Below are positions 1 through 9,000 of a stretch of DNA of 28,777 nt, one piece after another. The notes beneath the pieces were generated by a model, which saw nothing but the letters and a program-made list of their open reading frames with translations, was not told where the DNA came from and did not search any database. Every line of letters begins with the position of its first letter. Positions within the stretch are counted from its first letter, which is position 1. The DNA is from an uncultured bacterium. GTDB lineage: Bacteria; Acidobacteriota; Thermoanaerobaculia; Multivoradales; JAHZIX01. The stretch spans positions 1 to 28,777 of the forward strand of contig CBDUPA010000039.1 of NCBI GenBank assembly GCA_965368975.1, in the 5' to 3' direction. The position numbers and the translations under genes were made by a program.

Positions 1-31
1 TTCGAACCGAGAGGGGCGCCTGGCCGCGGGC

Positions 32-79
32 TCAGCCCAAGCGACCCGTGATGTAGTCTTGGTTGACGTGTCGTTGCAT
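32..79 (-). pseudogene. Chimeric phoU/pstB deletion scar; mini-ORF MQRHVNQDYITGRLG*
   Basis: 53-90 matches the phoU start and RBS at 3489-3526 (36/38 nt). 32-60 matches the pstB 3' end at 1941-1969 (26/29 nt). The two halves overlap at the shared 8-mer AAGACTAC (minus strand). Confidence 0.8.
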
Positions 80-169
80 TTTCGTACCCCGGTGCAATCC
101 AGAAGTCCTGGCACCTTGGGAGTTTGTGCCTGCACCCGCTCCACCGCAGAAGCAGAGCAGAAACCTCAA

Positions 170-208
170 CAGGACGCGGCATAGACTCGAAGTCTAGCTC
201 GCGCCCTG
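170..208 (-). terminator. Long imperfect hairpin downstream of the porin gene (terminator or mRNA-stabilising stem)
   Basis: Minus-strand RNA CAGGGCGCGAGCUAGACU-UCG-AGUCUAUGCCGCGUCCUG pairs about 17 bp, including a G-U pair valid only on this strand. It is followed by UUGAGGUUUCUG, a weak U-tract. A second small stem (GAGGCG/CGCCTC) lies at 247-262. Confidence 0.5.
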
Positions 209-260
209 CACAGTTGCCACGGGATCGGTACCGCCAGCGGGGAACCGAGGCGACGCCGCC

Positions 261-1424
261 TCAGAAGACGTACTGGAACTGGACGAAGAGGGTGTCGGTG
301 TCGTCACCGCTGACGCCGAGCAGGTTCTCGCCCATGCGGTAGGTGAACTGCACCTTGGTCTTGTGCTTGTTCCAGAAGTAGTTGACGCCCAACTCGGTGG
401 CTTCCCAGGTGTCCTGGTAGTTGTCGGCGTCGAGCATCTCCCAGGCCGCGACGAGTTCGAAGCGGTTGCCAGGCAACATGTAGCCGCCCTCGATCTGGAA
501 CTTGTCCAGGTCGGTGGTGCCGTCCCGGTAGACGCCGCCGGTGAAGCTCGAGTCCAAGGTGTCGGCGCTGATCAGCTGGTACTCGGCGTCGATCGACAGG
601 CCACGGCCACGCAGGCCGGCGCTGATCTCGAAGCCTTCGGCGCTGTCGAGGTCCGCCTTGCTCGAGCTGGTGCTCAGCCCCAGGGCGTTGGTGTAGGTGT
701 TGTTGTCGTCGTCGTTGGTCCAGGTGAAGGCCGCCAGACTGAAGTTGAACTTCACCTCGTCCGAGTGGAAGTCACCCTGGTCGAACTTGACGTGGCCCCA
801 GGGATGAAAGTCGACGCGGCCGGCGACGACCACGCCTTCGTTCCAGTCGCTCTTGTTGTTGACCGGGGTGTCGAAGTCGATGCGCCGGGCGTCAGGGTCG
901 TGGTGCTGAGCGCCCAGCGCCAGCGCCCAGGTCACGTGCTTGTTGTCGTTGTTGCCCTCAAGCTTGAAGCCCAGCTGGCGGTCCGGCGTACCGAAGTTGT
1001 GGTCGCCGACGAAGCCGCGCTCCACCGTCTGCTGGCGCTTCGACGAGGCCAGAAACTCTCGGGAGAAAGGAGTCTTGGAGTTACCGATAGTGAACTTCAT
1101 GTTGTCCCAGCCCAGGTACTGCATGAAGGCGTCCTTGACCGCGATCTCGTCGCTGTCCACCGACTTGCCGAAGTCGAACTGGATCTTGCCCCACCAGTTC
1201 TCGGTCACCGTGCCCGCGATGTAGGGCCGCAGGCGGCGAAAGAAGACCTGGTCCCGGGTCTGGTCACCGACGGCGTCGGTGCTGGCATACTGCAGCTGGA
1301 TGCGGCCGCCGATCTCGATCTTCTTGCCATCCTCTTCGTAGACCACGACGCCAGCGGCCGCGGGAGAGGCAAGGCTCACCAGAACGATGCAGCCGAAAAC
1401 GGCCGCCATGAAACGTCTGCTCAT
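261..1424 (-). CDS. Outer-membrane porin, probably OprO/OprP phosphate-selective porin family (387 aa)
   Basis: N-terminal signal peptide (MSRRF...SPAAA), GGRIQLQY and FFRRLRPYIAG segments typical of this family, amphipathic beta strands, C-terminal ...QFQYVF. RBS AGGAAG, upstream Pho-box-like repeats, and pstB/phoU neighbours. Confidence 0.85.
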   Translation of the reverse strand: MSRRFMAAVFGCIVLVSLASPAAAGVVVYEEDGKKIEIGGRIQLQYASTDAVGDQTRDQVFFRRLRPYIAGTVTENWWGKIQFDFGKSVDSDEIAVKDAFMQYLGWDNMKFTIGNSKTPFSREFLASSKRQQTVERGFVGDHNFGTPDRQLGFKLEGNNDNKHVTWALALGAQHHDPDARRIDFDTPVNNKSDWNEGVVVAGRVDFHPWGHVKFDQGDFHSDEVKFNFSLAAFTWTNDDDNNTYTNALGLSTSSSKADLDSAEGFEISAGLRGRGLSIDAEYQLISADTLDSSFTGGVYRDGTTDLDKFQIEGGYMLPGNRFELVAAWEMLDADNYQDTWEATELGVNYFWNKHKTKVQFTYRMGENLLGVSGDDTDTLFVQFQYVF

Positions 1425-1520
1425 AATGCTCTTCCTTCCTATGTATTAGGGTTCGGTGTCGGGGGTCTTGACCTCCGCAGCCTCTGTCCACGATGATCAC
1501 GCGGATCTTGATAGGAAAAC

Positions 1521-1560
1521 ATGAAGAGCCGGTGACAGGCATGTAACAGCGGCGCGACAC
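1521..1560 (-). promoter_or_regulatory. Pho-box-like array upstream of the porin
   Basis: Minus strand GTGTCGC-N4-CTGTTAC-N4-CTGTCAC-N4-TCTTCAT: four half-sites in exact 11-bp phase resembling the PhoB consensus CTGTCAT. Possible -10 TATCAA at 1508-1513. Confidence 0.7.
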
Positions 1561-1940
1561 GCTACGCTATGCTTCGAGCACCTGAACCGGGGATGTTGAC
1601 GGTGCGTGGGGCGCAAGAGATATGGACCCTGGAGCTGCAGTCCGCGATCTGGATGACACCGATCGAGGAGGACTTCTGAGAGAAATTCGACGGCTATCTC
1701 GATCTCGGCATCGGCTACACCCAGGCCGACGACCGTACCGAGTTCTCGCTCGGCGCCGAGATCAGCTACCGCACGGTGAAGTACCTGCGAAAGCTCAACC
1801 TCGACGCCCTCGTGGCCTTCCAGGACGAGGTCGACAACACCACCCAGCGCGCCGACCTGAGCTTTGCGGCCTTCCGCTACCTGCCGCGGCCAAGGCGGAC
1901 CCTGCTCGCGCTCGCGACCCTGCAGCGCAACGAAGAACAC
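1551..1940 (+). pseudogene. Internal fragment of an outer-membrane beta-barrel gene, DUF481-like
   Basis: One frame with coding-like GC3 reads ...TLELQSAIWMTPIEEDF*EKFDGYLDLGIGYTQADDRTEFSLGAEISYRT...LATLQRNEE. In-frame TGA at 1677-1679 where a Trp is plausible. No signal peptide; truncated at the pstB stop. The family call is from recalled resemblance. Confidence 0.6.
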
Positions 1941-2798
<858 letters not shown>

Positions 2799-2805
2799 GT
2801 CAGGT

Positions 2806-2838
2806 AACTCCTGAGAACGCGGGAAACTCCTGAGAACC
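2806..2838. repeat. 13-nt direct repeat AACTCCTGAGAAC x2 (20-nt period) in the phoU-pstB spacer
   Basis: Copies at 2806-2818 and 2826-2838, each containing the minus-strand SD AGGAG. Confidence 0.75.
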
Positions 2839-3515
2839 TAGTGTTCCTTGGACCCATAGTTGGTCGCCGAGTGCCGGATGTCCTTCCCCTCGACGTAGTA
2901 GATGACGTCCTCCGCGATGTTGGTCGCGTGGTCGGCGATGCGCTCCAGGTTGCGGCTGATCAGCAGCACGTGCAACGCGCGGCTCACCGTCTTGGGCTGC
3001 TCAGCCATCAGCTGCACCAGTTCGCGGAAGATCTGACGGTAGAGCGTGTCGATGTTGTCGTCACGCTCCCACACCGCCAGTGCCAGCCGCGGATCGCGCT
3101 GCACCAGGGCGTCGAGGGAATCGTGCACCATCAGCTGCGCCGCGCGCGACAGGTGCGGCACGTCGACGTGTAGCTCCAGCGGAGGTTCCTGGTTCAGCTC
3201 GCGGGCGGCGCGGGCGATGTTGGCCGCCGAGTCACCAATGCGCTCCAGGTCGTTGCCGATCTTCATCACCGCCACCAGGAAGCGCAGGTCGACGGCGGCC
3301 GGTTGCTGGCGCGCCATGACGCTCTGGCAGGCCTCGTCGATTTGCTTCTCCATGTGGTCGGCCTGACGGTCGGCCTCCATGACGGCAAATGCAAGGTCGG
3401 AATCACGCTCGGTGAGCGCGCGCGTGGCGTCCGCCACCATCTGTTCGACATGGCCTCCCATCTGGAGCAGTAGCTGGCGGATGTCTTCGTAGTCTTGGTC
3501 GACGTGTCGTTGCAT
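2838..3515 (-). CDS. phoU: Phosphate signalling protein PhoU (225 aa from MQRHVD)
   Basis: Two PhoU repeats (ARQQPAAVDLR...DLERIGD; LERIADHATNIAEDVIYYVEGKDIRH). Start placed at 3515 rather than 3650 because a GGGG SD lies upstream and the duplicate at 53-90 conserves only this ATG. Confidence 0.95.
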   Translation of the reverse strand: MQRHVDQDYEDIRQLLLQMGGHVEQMVADATRALTERDSDLAFAVMEADRQADHMEKQIDEACQSVMARQQPAAVDLRFLVAVMKIGNDLERIGDSAANIARAARELNQEPPLELHVDVPHLSRAAQLMVHDSLDALVQRDPRLALAVWERDDNIDTLYRQIFRELVQLMAEQPKTVSRALHVLLISRNLERIADHATNIAEDVIYYVEGKDIRHSATNYGSKEH

Positions 3516-3721
3516 TTTCATACCCCAGTCAGCGATTGACTCAGAATGACGGTGCTGCGTGCAGGAGGAAAGCTCAGGATCGGCCGCGGCTCTAACTCGG
3601 AGGGGGAATCCAGACCCACTTCCCGGCTGCACCGCCGCCAGATCTCTCATCTGCCTTCACTGATTCCAGGGATGGTACCCAGGGTCGACCCGAGTCTTCC
3701 CGTGACCCCGGGATCGGGCCG

Positions 3722-3777
3722 ATAATAGGATCGGCGTGCTTCGCTCGTGCGACGTCGATGTGACAGCGGAGCAACAG
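3722..3777 (-). promoter_or_regulatory. Pho-box-like repeats and possible -10 upstream of phoU
   Basis: Minus strand CTGTTGC-N4-CTGTCAC-N4-ACGTCGC in 11-bp phase (3777-3749), TATTAT at 3727-3722, and another CTGTCAC at 3819-3825. Confidence 0.55.
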
Positions 3778-3879
3778 CCGTTCCCGCAAACGAGCGGGGA
3801 CGACAGCACTGTCCCGCCGTGACAGCTGGGTCCGAGGGGCCCGGAAGCTAGCTGAGGGAGGCCTATCAGAAAAGCGTAT

Positions 3880-4398
3880 TCACGAGGTGACGCGGCGCTG
3901 CGTCCAGCCGTTGCGCACGCGACCCAGCAGGCGGTTGAGCAGGTTTTCGCGTGGCAGGAAGGAGAGCACCGGCGGCATGCGTACACCGAGCGACTCGCGT
4001 AGCTCGTTGAGGCCCTTGTGACTGTGATCCAGGCGCAGCCCGACCTGCACCGCCTTGATCGCTTCCTTGCGGTGTTCGGCGAGCAGCTCGGAGCGTGCCA
4101 GGTTGTACTGGATCTCCGGATCATAGAACTGCACCTTGGCGCCATAGCGGCACAATTGCAGGCCTTCCTTCACCTTGCGCTGATACCGCATCATGCCGTA
4201 GCCGAGATAGGCGAAGAATTGCCCCGGCAGCTGACGCTTGTTCGGGTGCAGCTCGAGGACGCGCTGCAGGTACATCAAGCCACGCTCCCAGTCCCCCTGG
4301 CGGCACAGACGGATTCCTTGAGCGGTAACGGCTTGCGAATCAAAGACGCCGGTGGCGTCAAGGTCGACTTGCTGACGGGAACCAGTCTGCACGATCAT
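3880..4398 (-). CDS. Small TPR-like helical repeat protein (172 aa), function unknown
   Basis: TPR-like helices (GIRLCRQGDWERGLMYL; FAYLGYGM; PEIQYNLARSELLAEHRKEAIKAVQVGLRLD), basic C-terminus, coding-like codon usage. Confidence 0.8.
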   Translation of the reverse strand: MIVQTGSRQQVDLDATGVFDSQAVTAQGIRLCRQGDWERGLMYLQRVLELHPNKRQLPGQFFAYLGYGMMRYQRKVKEGLQLCRYGAKVQFYDPEIQYNLARSELLAEHRKEAIKAVQVGLRLDHSHKGLNELRESLGVRMPPVLSFLPRENLLNRLLGRVRNGWTQRRVTS

Positions 4399-4457
4399 GA
4401 CGGTCTTCTCAGAGGCATGACGATACTTCTCAGAGGCATGACGATCTCCTCAGGGTG
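4396..4457. repeat. Three imperfect 20-21-nt tandem copies of the RBS/ATG region of the TPR gene
   Basis: CATGACGGTCTTCTCAGAGG / CATGACGATACTTCTCAGAGG / CATGACGATCTCCTCAGGG; minus-strand ATGs at 4398, 4418 and 4439. Confidence 0.85.
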
Positions 4458-4618
4458 CTGAACGGAAACCTGCACGACAAGCTGACGAGAGCCAAATCAA
4501 GAACGCAAAGGAATGTCCGAATGGACATGAGAGCAAAGATTAGCACACACCCGTCTCAGGACACCTGGCTTGGGCCGGCAGGCGGCACCAGGTATCCTTC
4601 CAGCAACCTGGAGGAAGT

Positions 4619-5854
4619 ATGACTTTGGACCCCTCGCTCCCCATCGAAGACACCGCCATCGAAGACACCGCCATCGAAGACACCGCCATCGAAGAGACTT
4701 CGATCGACAGGTACTCCGCCGAGGAGTCCTTGCCGGCGTCCCCTCGCTGGTACACCGTCGTTCGGACGCTGACCTTCTTCCTCGGCTACCTGCTCATCTC
4801 CGGCGTCGCTTCGCTCTTCACCTTCGTCCTCGCCGCCATCGCCTTCGGGGGCGTGGACAGTCTGGACACGACAGACCCCTACGCGTTCACGCGCCTGCCG
4901 CTGGGCGAGGCCTGGGGGGACGCGGTGCTGGCGCTGGTGACCCTGACCGGAGTGCTGGTATCGGTGCCACTGGTCGTCGCCTTCACCTGGCTGATGGTGC
5001 GCTACGTCGACCGTGGCACCCTGGCCGACGTCGGCTGCCGCTGGCCGCTAGCTCGACCTACTGACGGCCAGACTGCGAACGGCCAGACTGCGAACGGCCA
5101 GACTGCGGACGGCCAGACTGCGGACGGCCAGACTGCGGACAGCCAGACCCCGGGCACCCGGGGCAAGCCAAGCCTACGCCTGGCCCTGCGCCGCATTCCC
5201 TTGTGGCTGTTCGGCACCGCTGGCCTGCTGGGCTTGTGGCTGGCCTTGGCGGCGACGGGCGGCATTGAGTTCGGCGGTCTTTCGGCCACCTTCACCAGCG
5301 GCCCGGCACCTCTGCCCGGCATCGCTGGGAGCGTGCTGGTGTTGCTCGCCCTTTTTGTGCTGTTCCTGATCCAGGGCAGTGCCGAGGAGTGGGCCTTCCG
5401 CGGCTACATCCAGTCGACGGTGCAGCGCAGCTGGGGCTTCTTGCCTGCAACGCTCGTATCGTCGTTGCTCTTCATGGTGGTGCACATGAGCAATCCGGGC
5501 GCCAATCCCTTCGGCATGATCAACACCTTCCTGATCGGCATCGTCTTCGCCCAGTTGTGGCAGCTCACCGGCAGTCTGTGGGCGCCAGCACTGGTGCACG
5601 GTGCCTGGAATTTCTTCCTCGGCACCTTCGTCAGCCTGCCGGTCAGTGGCCTCGAAATTCTACCGGTCTTCGACCTCCAGCTCACCGGTCCTTGGTGGCT
5701 CACTGGTGACACCTACGGTGCCGAGGGCAGCGCCTTCCTGACCGCGCTCAGCCTGCTGCTGATCGCCGGACTGGCCGTCCTGCTGCGAGGTCGTAGCGTG
5801 CCCCGCGCCGCGCCGCACGAGGGCGACCCAGGCGCGCAGCCCGCAACGACGTAG
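4619..5854 (+). CDS. CPBP (CAAX/Abi) family intramembrane glutamic metalloprotease (411 aa)
   Basis: Motifs AEEWAFRG, SSLLFMVVH, SLWAPALVHGAWN, GDTYGAEGS; many transmembrane helices; RBS GGAGG. Confidence 0.92.
   Translation: MTLDPSLPIEDTAIEDTAIEDTAIEETSIDRYSAEESLPASPRWYTVVRTLTFFLGYLLISGVASLFTFVLAAIAFGGVDSLDTTDPYAFTRLPLGEAWGDAVLALVTLTGVLVSVPLVVAFTWLMVRYVDRGTLADVGCRWPLARPTDGQTANGQTANGQTADGQTADGQTADSQTPGTRGKPSLRLALRRIPLWLFGTAGLLGLWLALAATGGIEFGGLSATFTSGPAPLPGIAGSVLVLLALFVLFLIQGSAEEWAFRGYIQSTVQRSWGFLPATLVSSLLFMVVHMSNPGANPFGMINTFLIGIVFAQLWQLTGSLWAPALVHGAWNFFLGTFVSLPVSGLEILPVFDLQLTGPWWLTGDTYGAEGSAFLTALSLLLIAGLAVLLRGRSVPRAAPHEGDPGAQPATT
4641..4695 (+). repeat. 15-nt tandem repeat CCATCGAAGACACCG x3.7 (IEDTA)
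   Basis: Three perfect copies plus a 10-nt partial, in frame, at the CPBP N-terminus. Confidence 0.95.
5063..5149 (+). repeat. 15-nt tandem repeat RACGGCCAGACTGCG x5.8 (D/N-GQTA)
   Basis: Five full copies and one degenerate copy, in frame, in a CPBP loop. Confidence 0.95.
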
Positions 5855-6030
5855 GCTCCAGGGAACAGGCATGCTGCAGGTCTCTCCTTTGGCACCAGTC
5901 TACCGTGTCCATGAACGACTAACTTGCGTTCCAACCGGCAGCCTCGGCCTCGAACCCGGATTCCGTGGCTGTGCCCCCTACAGACCACCAGCGCTTCGGT
6001 CTACCATAAGATCCCGAGGGGAGGAGGCAT

Positions 6031-9000
6031 ATGTCGTTCAGTGCAGGGTCGTCCAGTGAAGGCGGCACAGCGGAGGATGCCGTTCGGCGTCGACTGCTGC
6101 ACGCCCAGTTGCAAGCGTTCAATCAGCTCGCCGCGCGACAGCTACAGGTGCTCGCCCGGACCGGGTACGTCGTCGAGTCACCTACGACAGGTCCCCACAC
6201 TGCTGAGACGCCCCTAGACGAGCCAGAGGCAACACCGGCGCAAGCTCCCGCGGAGCCGGCGGCAGAGACCCCCATAGCGTCGGCCGCGCCAGAAGCACCG
6301 GCGGCGCCCCTCGACGCCAGACCTTTCGAGGCCAAACCCGTTGAGGCCAGACCCGTTGAGGCCAGACTCGTTGAGGCCAGACCCGTCGAGAGTGGACCCA
6401 AGACAGCGCCCACCCCGACACCCACGTCCTCGACCCTCGACGCAATTCCCCGCCGTCCGCCAGCGTGCCAAACCAGCGACCAGCCCGGCGAGCCGCTACA
6501 GCTCTCTTTCGCCCAGCAGCGTCTGTGGTTCGTCCACAAGATGCAGCCGCACAAGCCGACCTACAACGTGCCCTTCGCCTACCGCACACTCGGCCGCCTG
6601 GACGCCGAGGCGCTGCGTCGAGCCTTACTGGCGGTAGCCTGGCGCCACGAGGGGCTGCGCACTGTATTCCCGGAACACCAAGGCGAGCCTCGGCAGCAGA
6701 TCCACGCGCGTCCGGACGTGCCGCTGAGGCGTGTCGACCTCAGCCGTCTACCCGCCCAGCGCCGCCGCCGACTGGCACGGCGCCTGATGCTGGGCGAGGC
6801 GCAGGGACTGTTCGACGTCTACCGCGGTCCACTGCTCCGCGCCCTGGTGCTGCACGCATCGCCGCGTCGTGCCTGGGTGGTGTTCAACCACCACCACATC
6901 GTCACTGACGGCTGGTCGATCTCCATCCTGCTCGACGAGGTCTCGGCCTTCTACCAGGCGGCACTCGCGGCGCCCGAGCTGACGCCGCGCCGCCTGGTGC
7001 GCCAGCTCGAAACTGCCGGCACCCTAAGCCCCCTGCCGATCCAGTACGCCGATTTCGCCCTCTGGCAGCGACAGTGGTTGAGCGGCGAGCGGCTGCAGAA
7101 CCAGACCGACTACTGGCGGCACCAACTCGCCGATGCGCCGACCCTGGAACTGCCCCTCGACCGGCCACGGCAGCCCGTGCAGCGCTTCCTCGGCGGTGGC
7201 TGGTACGGTGCCTGGAGCGGCTCACTCATGACCGCGCTCGAAACGCTGGCGCGGCGGCGCGGCGTGACGCCCTTCATGGTCTTCGCCGCCGTCTTCGGCG
7301 TCTTGCTACACCGCCTCAGCGGCCAGCGCGACCTGGTCTTCGGCACGCCAGTGGCCAACCGCACGCGCCCCGAGCTGGAAGGGCTGATCGGCTTCTTCGT
7401 CAACAACCTGGTGCTGCGTCTGCGGCTGGACGACGACGCGCAAAGTCTGGGCGACCTGCTGCACCAGATACGACAGGTGGCGTTCGAAGCCTACGCCCAC
7501 CAGGAACTGCCGTTCGAGGCGCTGATCGGTGCGCTCCAGCTGCAGCGCGACCTGTCGCGCAATCCGCTGTTCCAGGTGGTGATGGCATTGCAAAACACCC
7601 CCGACCGGCAAGAACGGCTGGCCAATGTCGAGCTGCAAGAAGAGCACTTCGAAGAAGCCACCTCGCGCATGGACATGGAGGTCCAGCTACGCCGCGAGTC
7701 CGACCGGCTGGCGCTCGAGATCTACTTCGACCTCGACCTGCTCGACGTCTCCACCGTCGCGCGCTGGATGGGGCACTTCCGGCAGCTGCTACGGCAGGCG
7801 ATCGCCGACCCCGAGCGGCCGTGGTCGACCCTCGCCCCCCTCGACCCGGCGCAGCGCCACCAGCTGCTGTACGAGGGCAACGACGTGCCCTTGCCCGCGG
7901 CGGCCCCGGTCAGCCCAGACGCCACAGCGTTCACGGGCGACGCAGACGCCGACTTGGTACCCGAGCGCATCCACAAGCTGGCCGAGCGCTGGCCCGAGCG
8001 CCTCGCCCTGACGCAGGCGGCGACCGATACGGTTTCTCTGCCAACCTTCGTCAGCTACCGTGAACTCACCCACCGTGCCGACCGCCTGGCCACGGCGCTG
8101 CGAGCGCGCGGCGTCGGTGCCAACGTGCCCGTCGCGGTGTGCTTGCCACCCGGGCCGGACCTGGTGCTGGTCGAGCTGGCGGTACTACGGGCTGGCGGCG
8201 CCTTCGTGCCCCTCGACCCGGACGACACCAGCGTCCGGCGCAGCGCCATGCTTGCCGTGCTGGCGGGCGCCGGGGCCGTGCTGGCGGGCGCCGCCGGCGG
8301 GCGGGCGAGCGCCGAGAGCGATCTGCCGCTGGTGCTCACCGACGCCGCCAGCCTCGACGACCTGCAGGCACGGCCCTGCCGGCCCCTGGTGTGGAACGAG
8401 GCGCACGCACACTCCGGGCCAACGCCCCACACACCCGTGGCGCGCGAAGTAGTGCACCCGCTGCAACCCGCTTACCTGGTCTTCACCTCCGGCTCCACCG
8501 GCGAGCCCAAGGGCGTCGTGATCCGGCAGCAGAACCTCGCCTTCTACTGCCGCTGGCACCGCCGCGTCTACGGCACGCTCCCCGACGACCGCGCCAGCGC
8601 TTTGTCCCCACCCGCCTTCGACGCCTCGATCGGCGACATCTGGCCAGCGCTGGCCGCTGGCGCCAGCGTCTGGTTCCCGCCGGCCGCGGCGCGCCGGTCA
8701 CCGTCCGAGCTGGTGCGCTGGGCCGACCGCTGCCGCCTGACCCTCTGGCATCTGCCGACGCCCACCGCCGAGGCTTGCCTGCGGGAATCACTGCCGCCGA
8801 CGCTGGCGGTGCGCCACATGCTGTGCGGCGGAGATCGCCTGCGCCAGCGGCCACCGCACGCCGCGCGCTTCGTCTTCTCCAACGGCTATGGCCCGTCCGA
8901 GTGCACCGTCTGCTCCAGTCGCGCGCCGGTACCACCGGAGCCGACCGAGCTGGAAGCGCAGCGCGGCGGCGCCCCCTCTTTGGGCCTGCCGGTGCCCGGT

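Noticed and set aside
363-1496. 377-aa plus-strand ORF
   Set aside because: Antisense shadow of the porin, produced by high-GC codon bias; no recognisable motifs.
3516-3650. 45-aa N-terminal extension of PhoU given by the ORF track
   Set aside because: Not PhoU-like; SD position and the duplicate at 53-90 favour the ATG at 3515.
4396-4445. GTCAT-containing repeats as Pho boxes
   Set aside because: Spacing is 20-21 nt, not 11 or 22; better explained as a duplicated RBS/ATG.
4641-6390. Tandem repeats as a CRISPR array
   Set aside because: Units are contiguous with no spacers, in frame within CDSs, and no cas genes are present.
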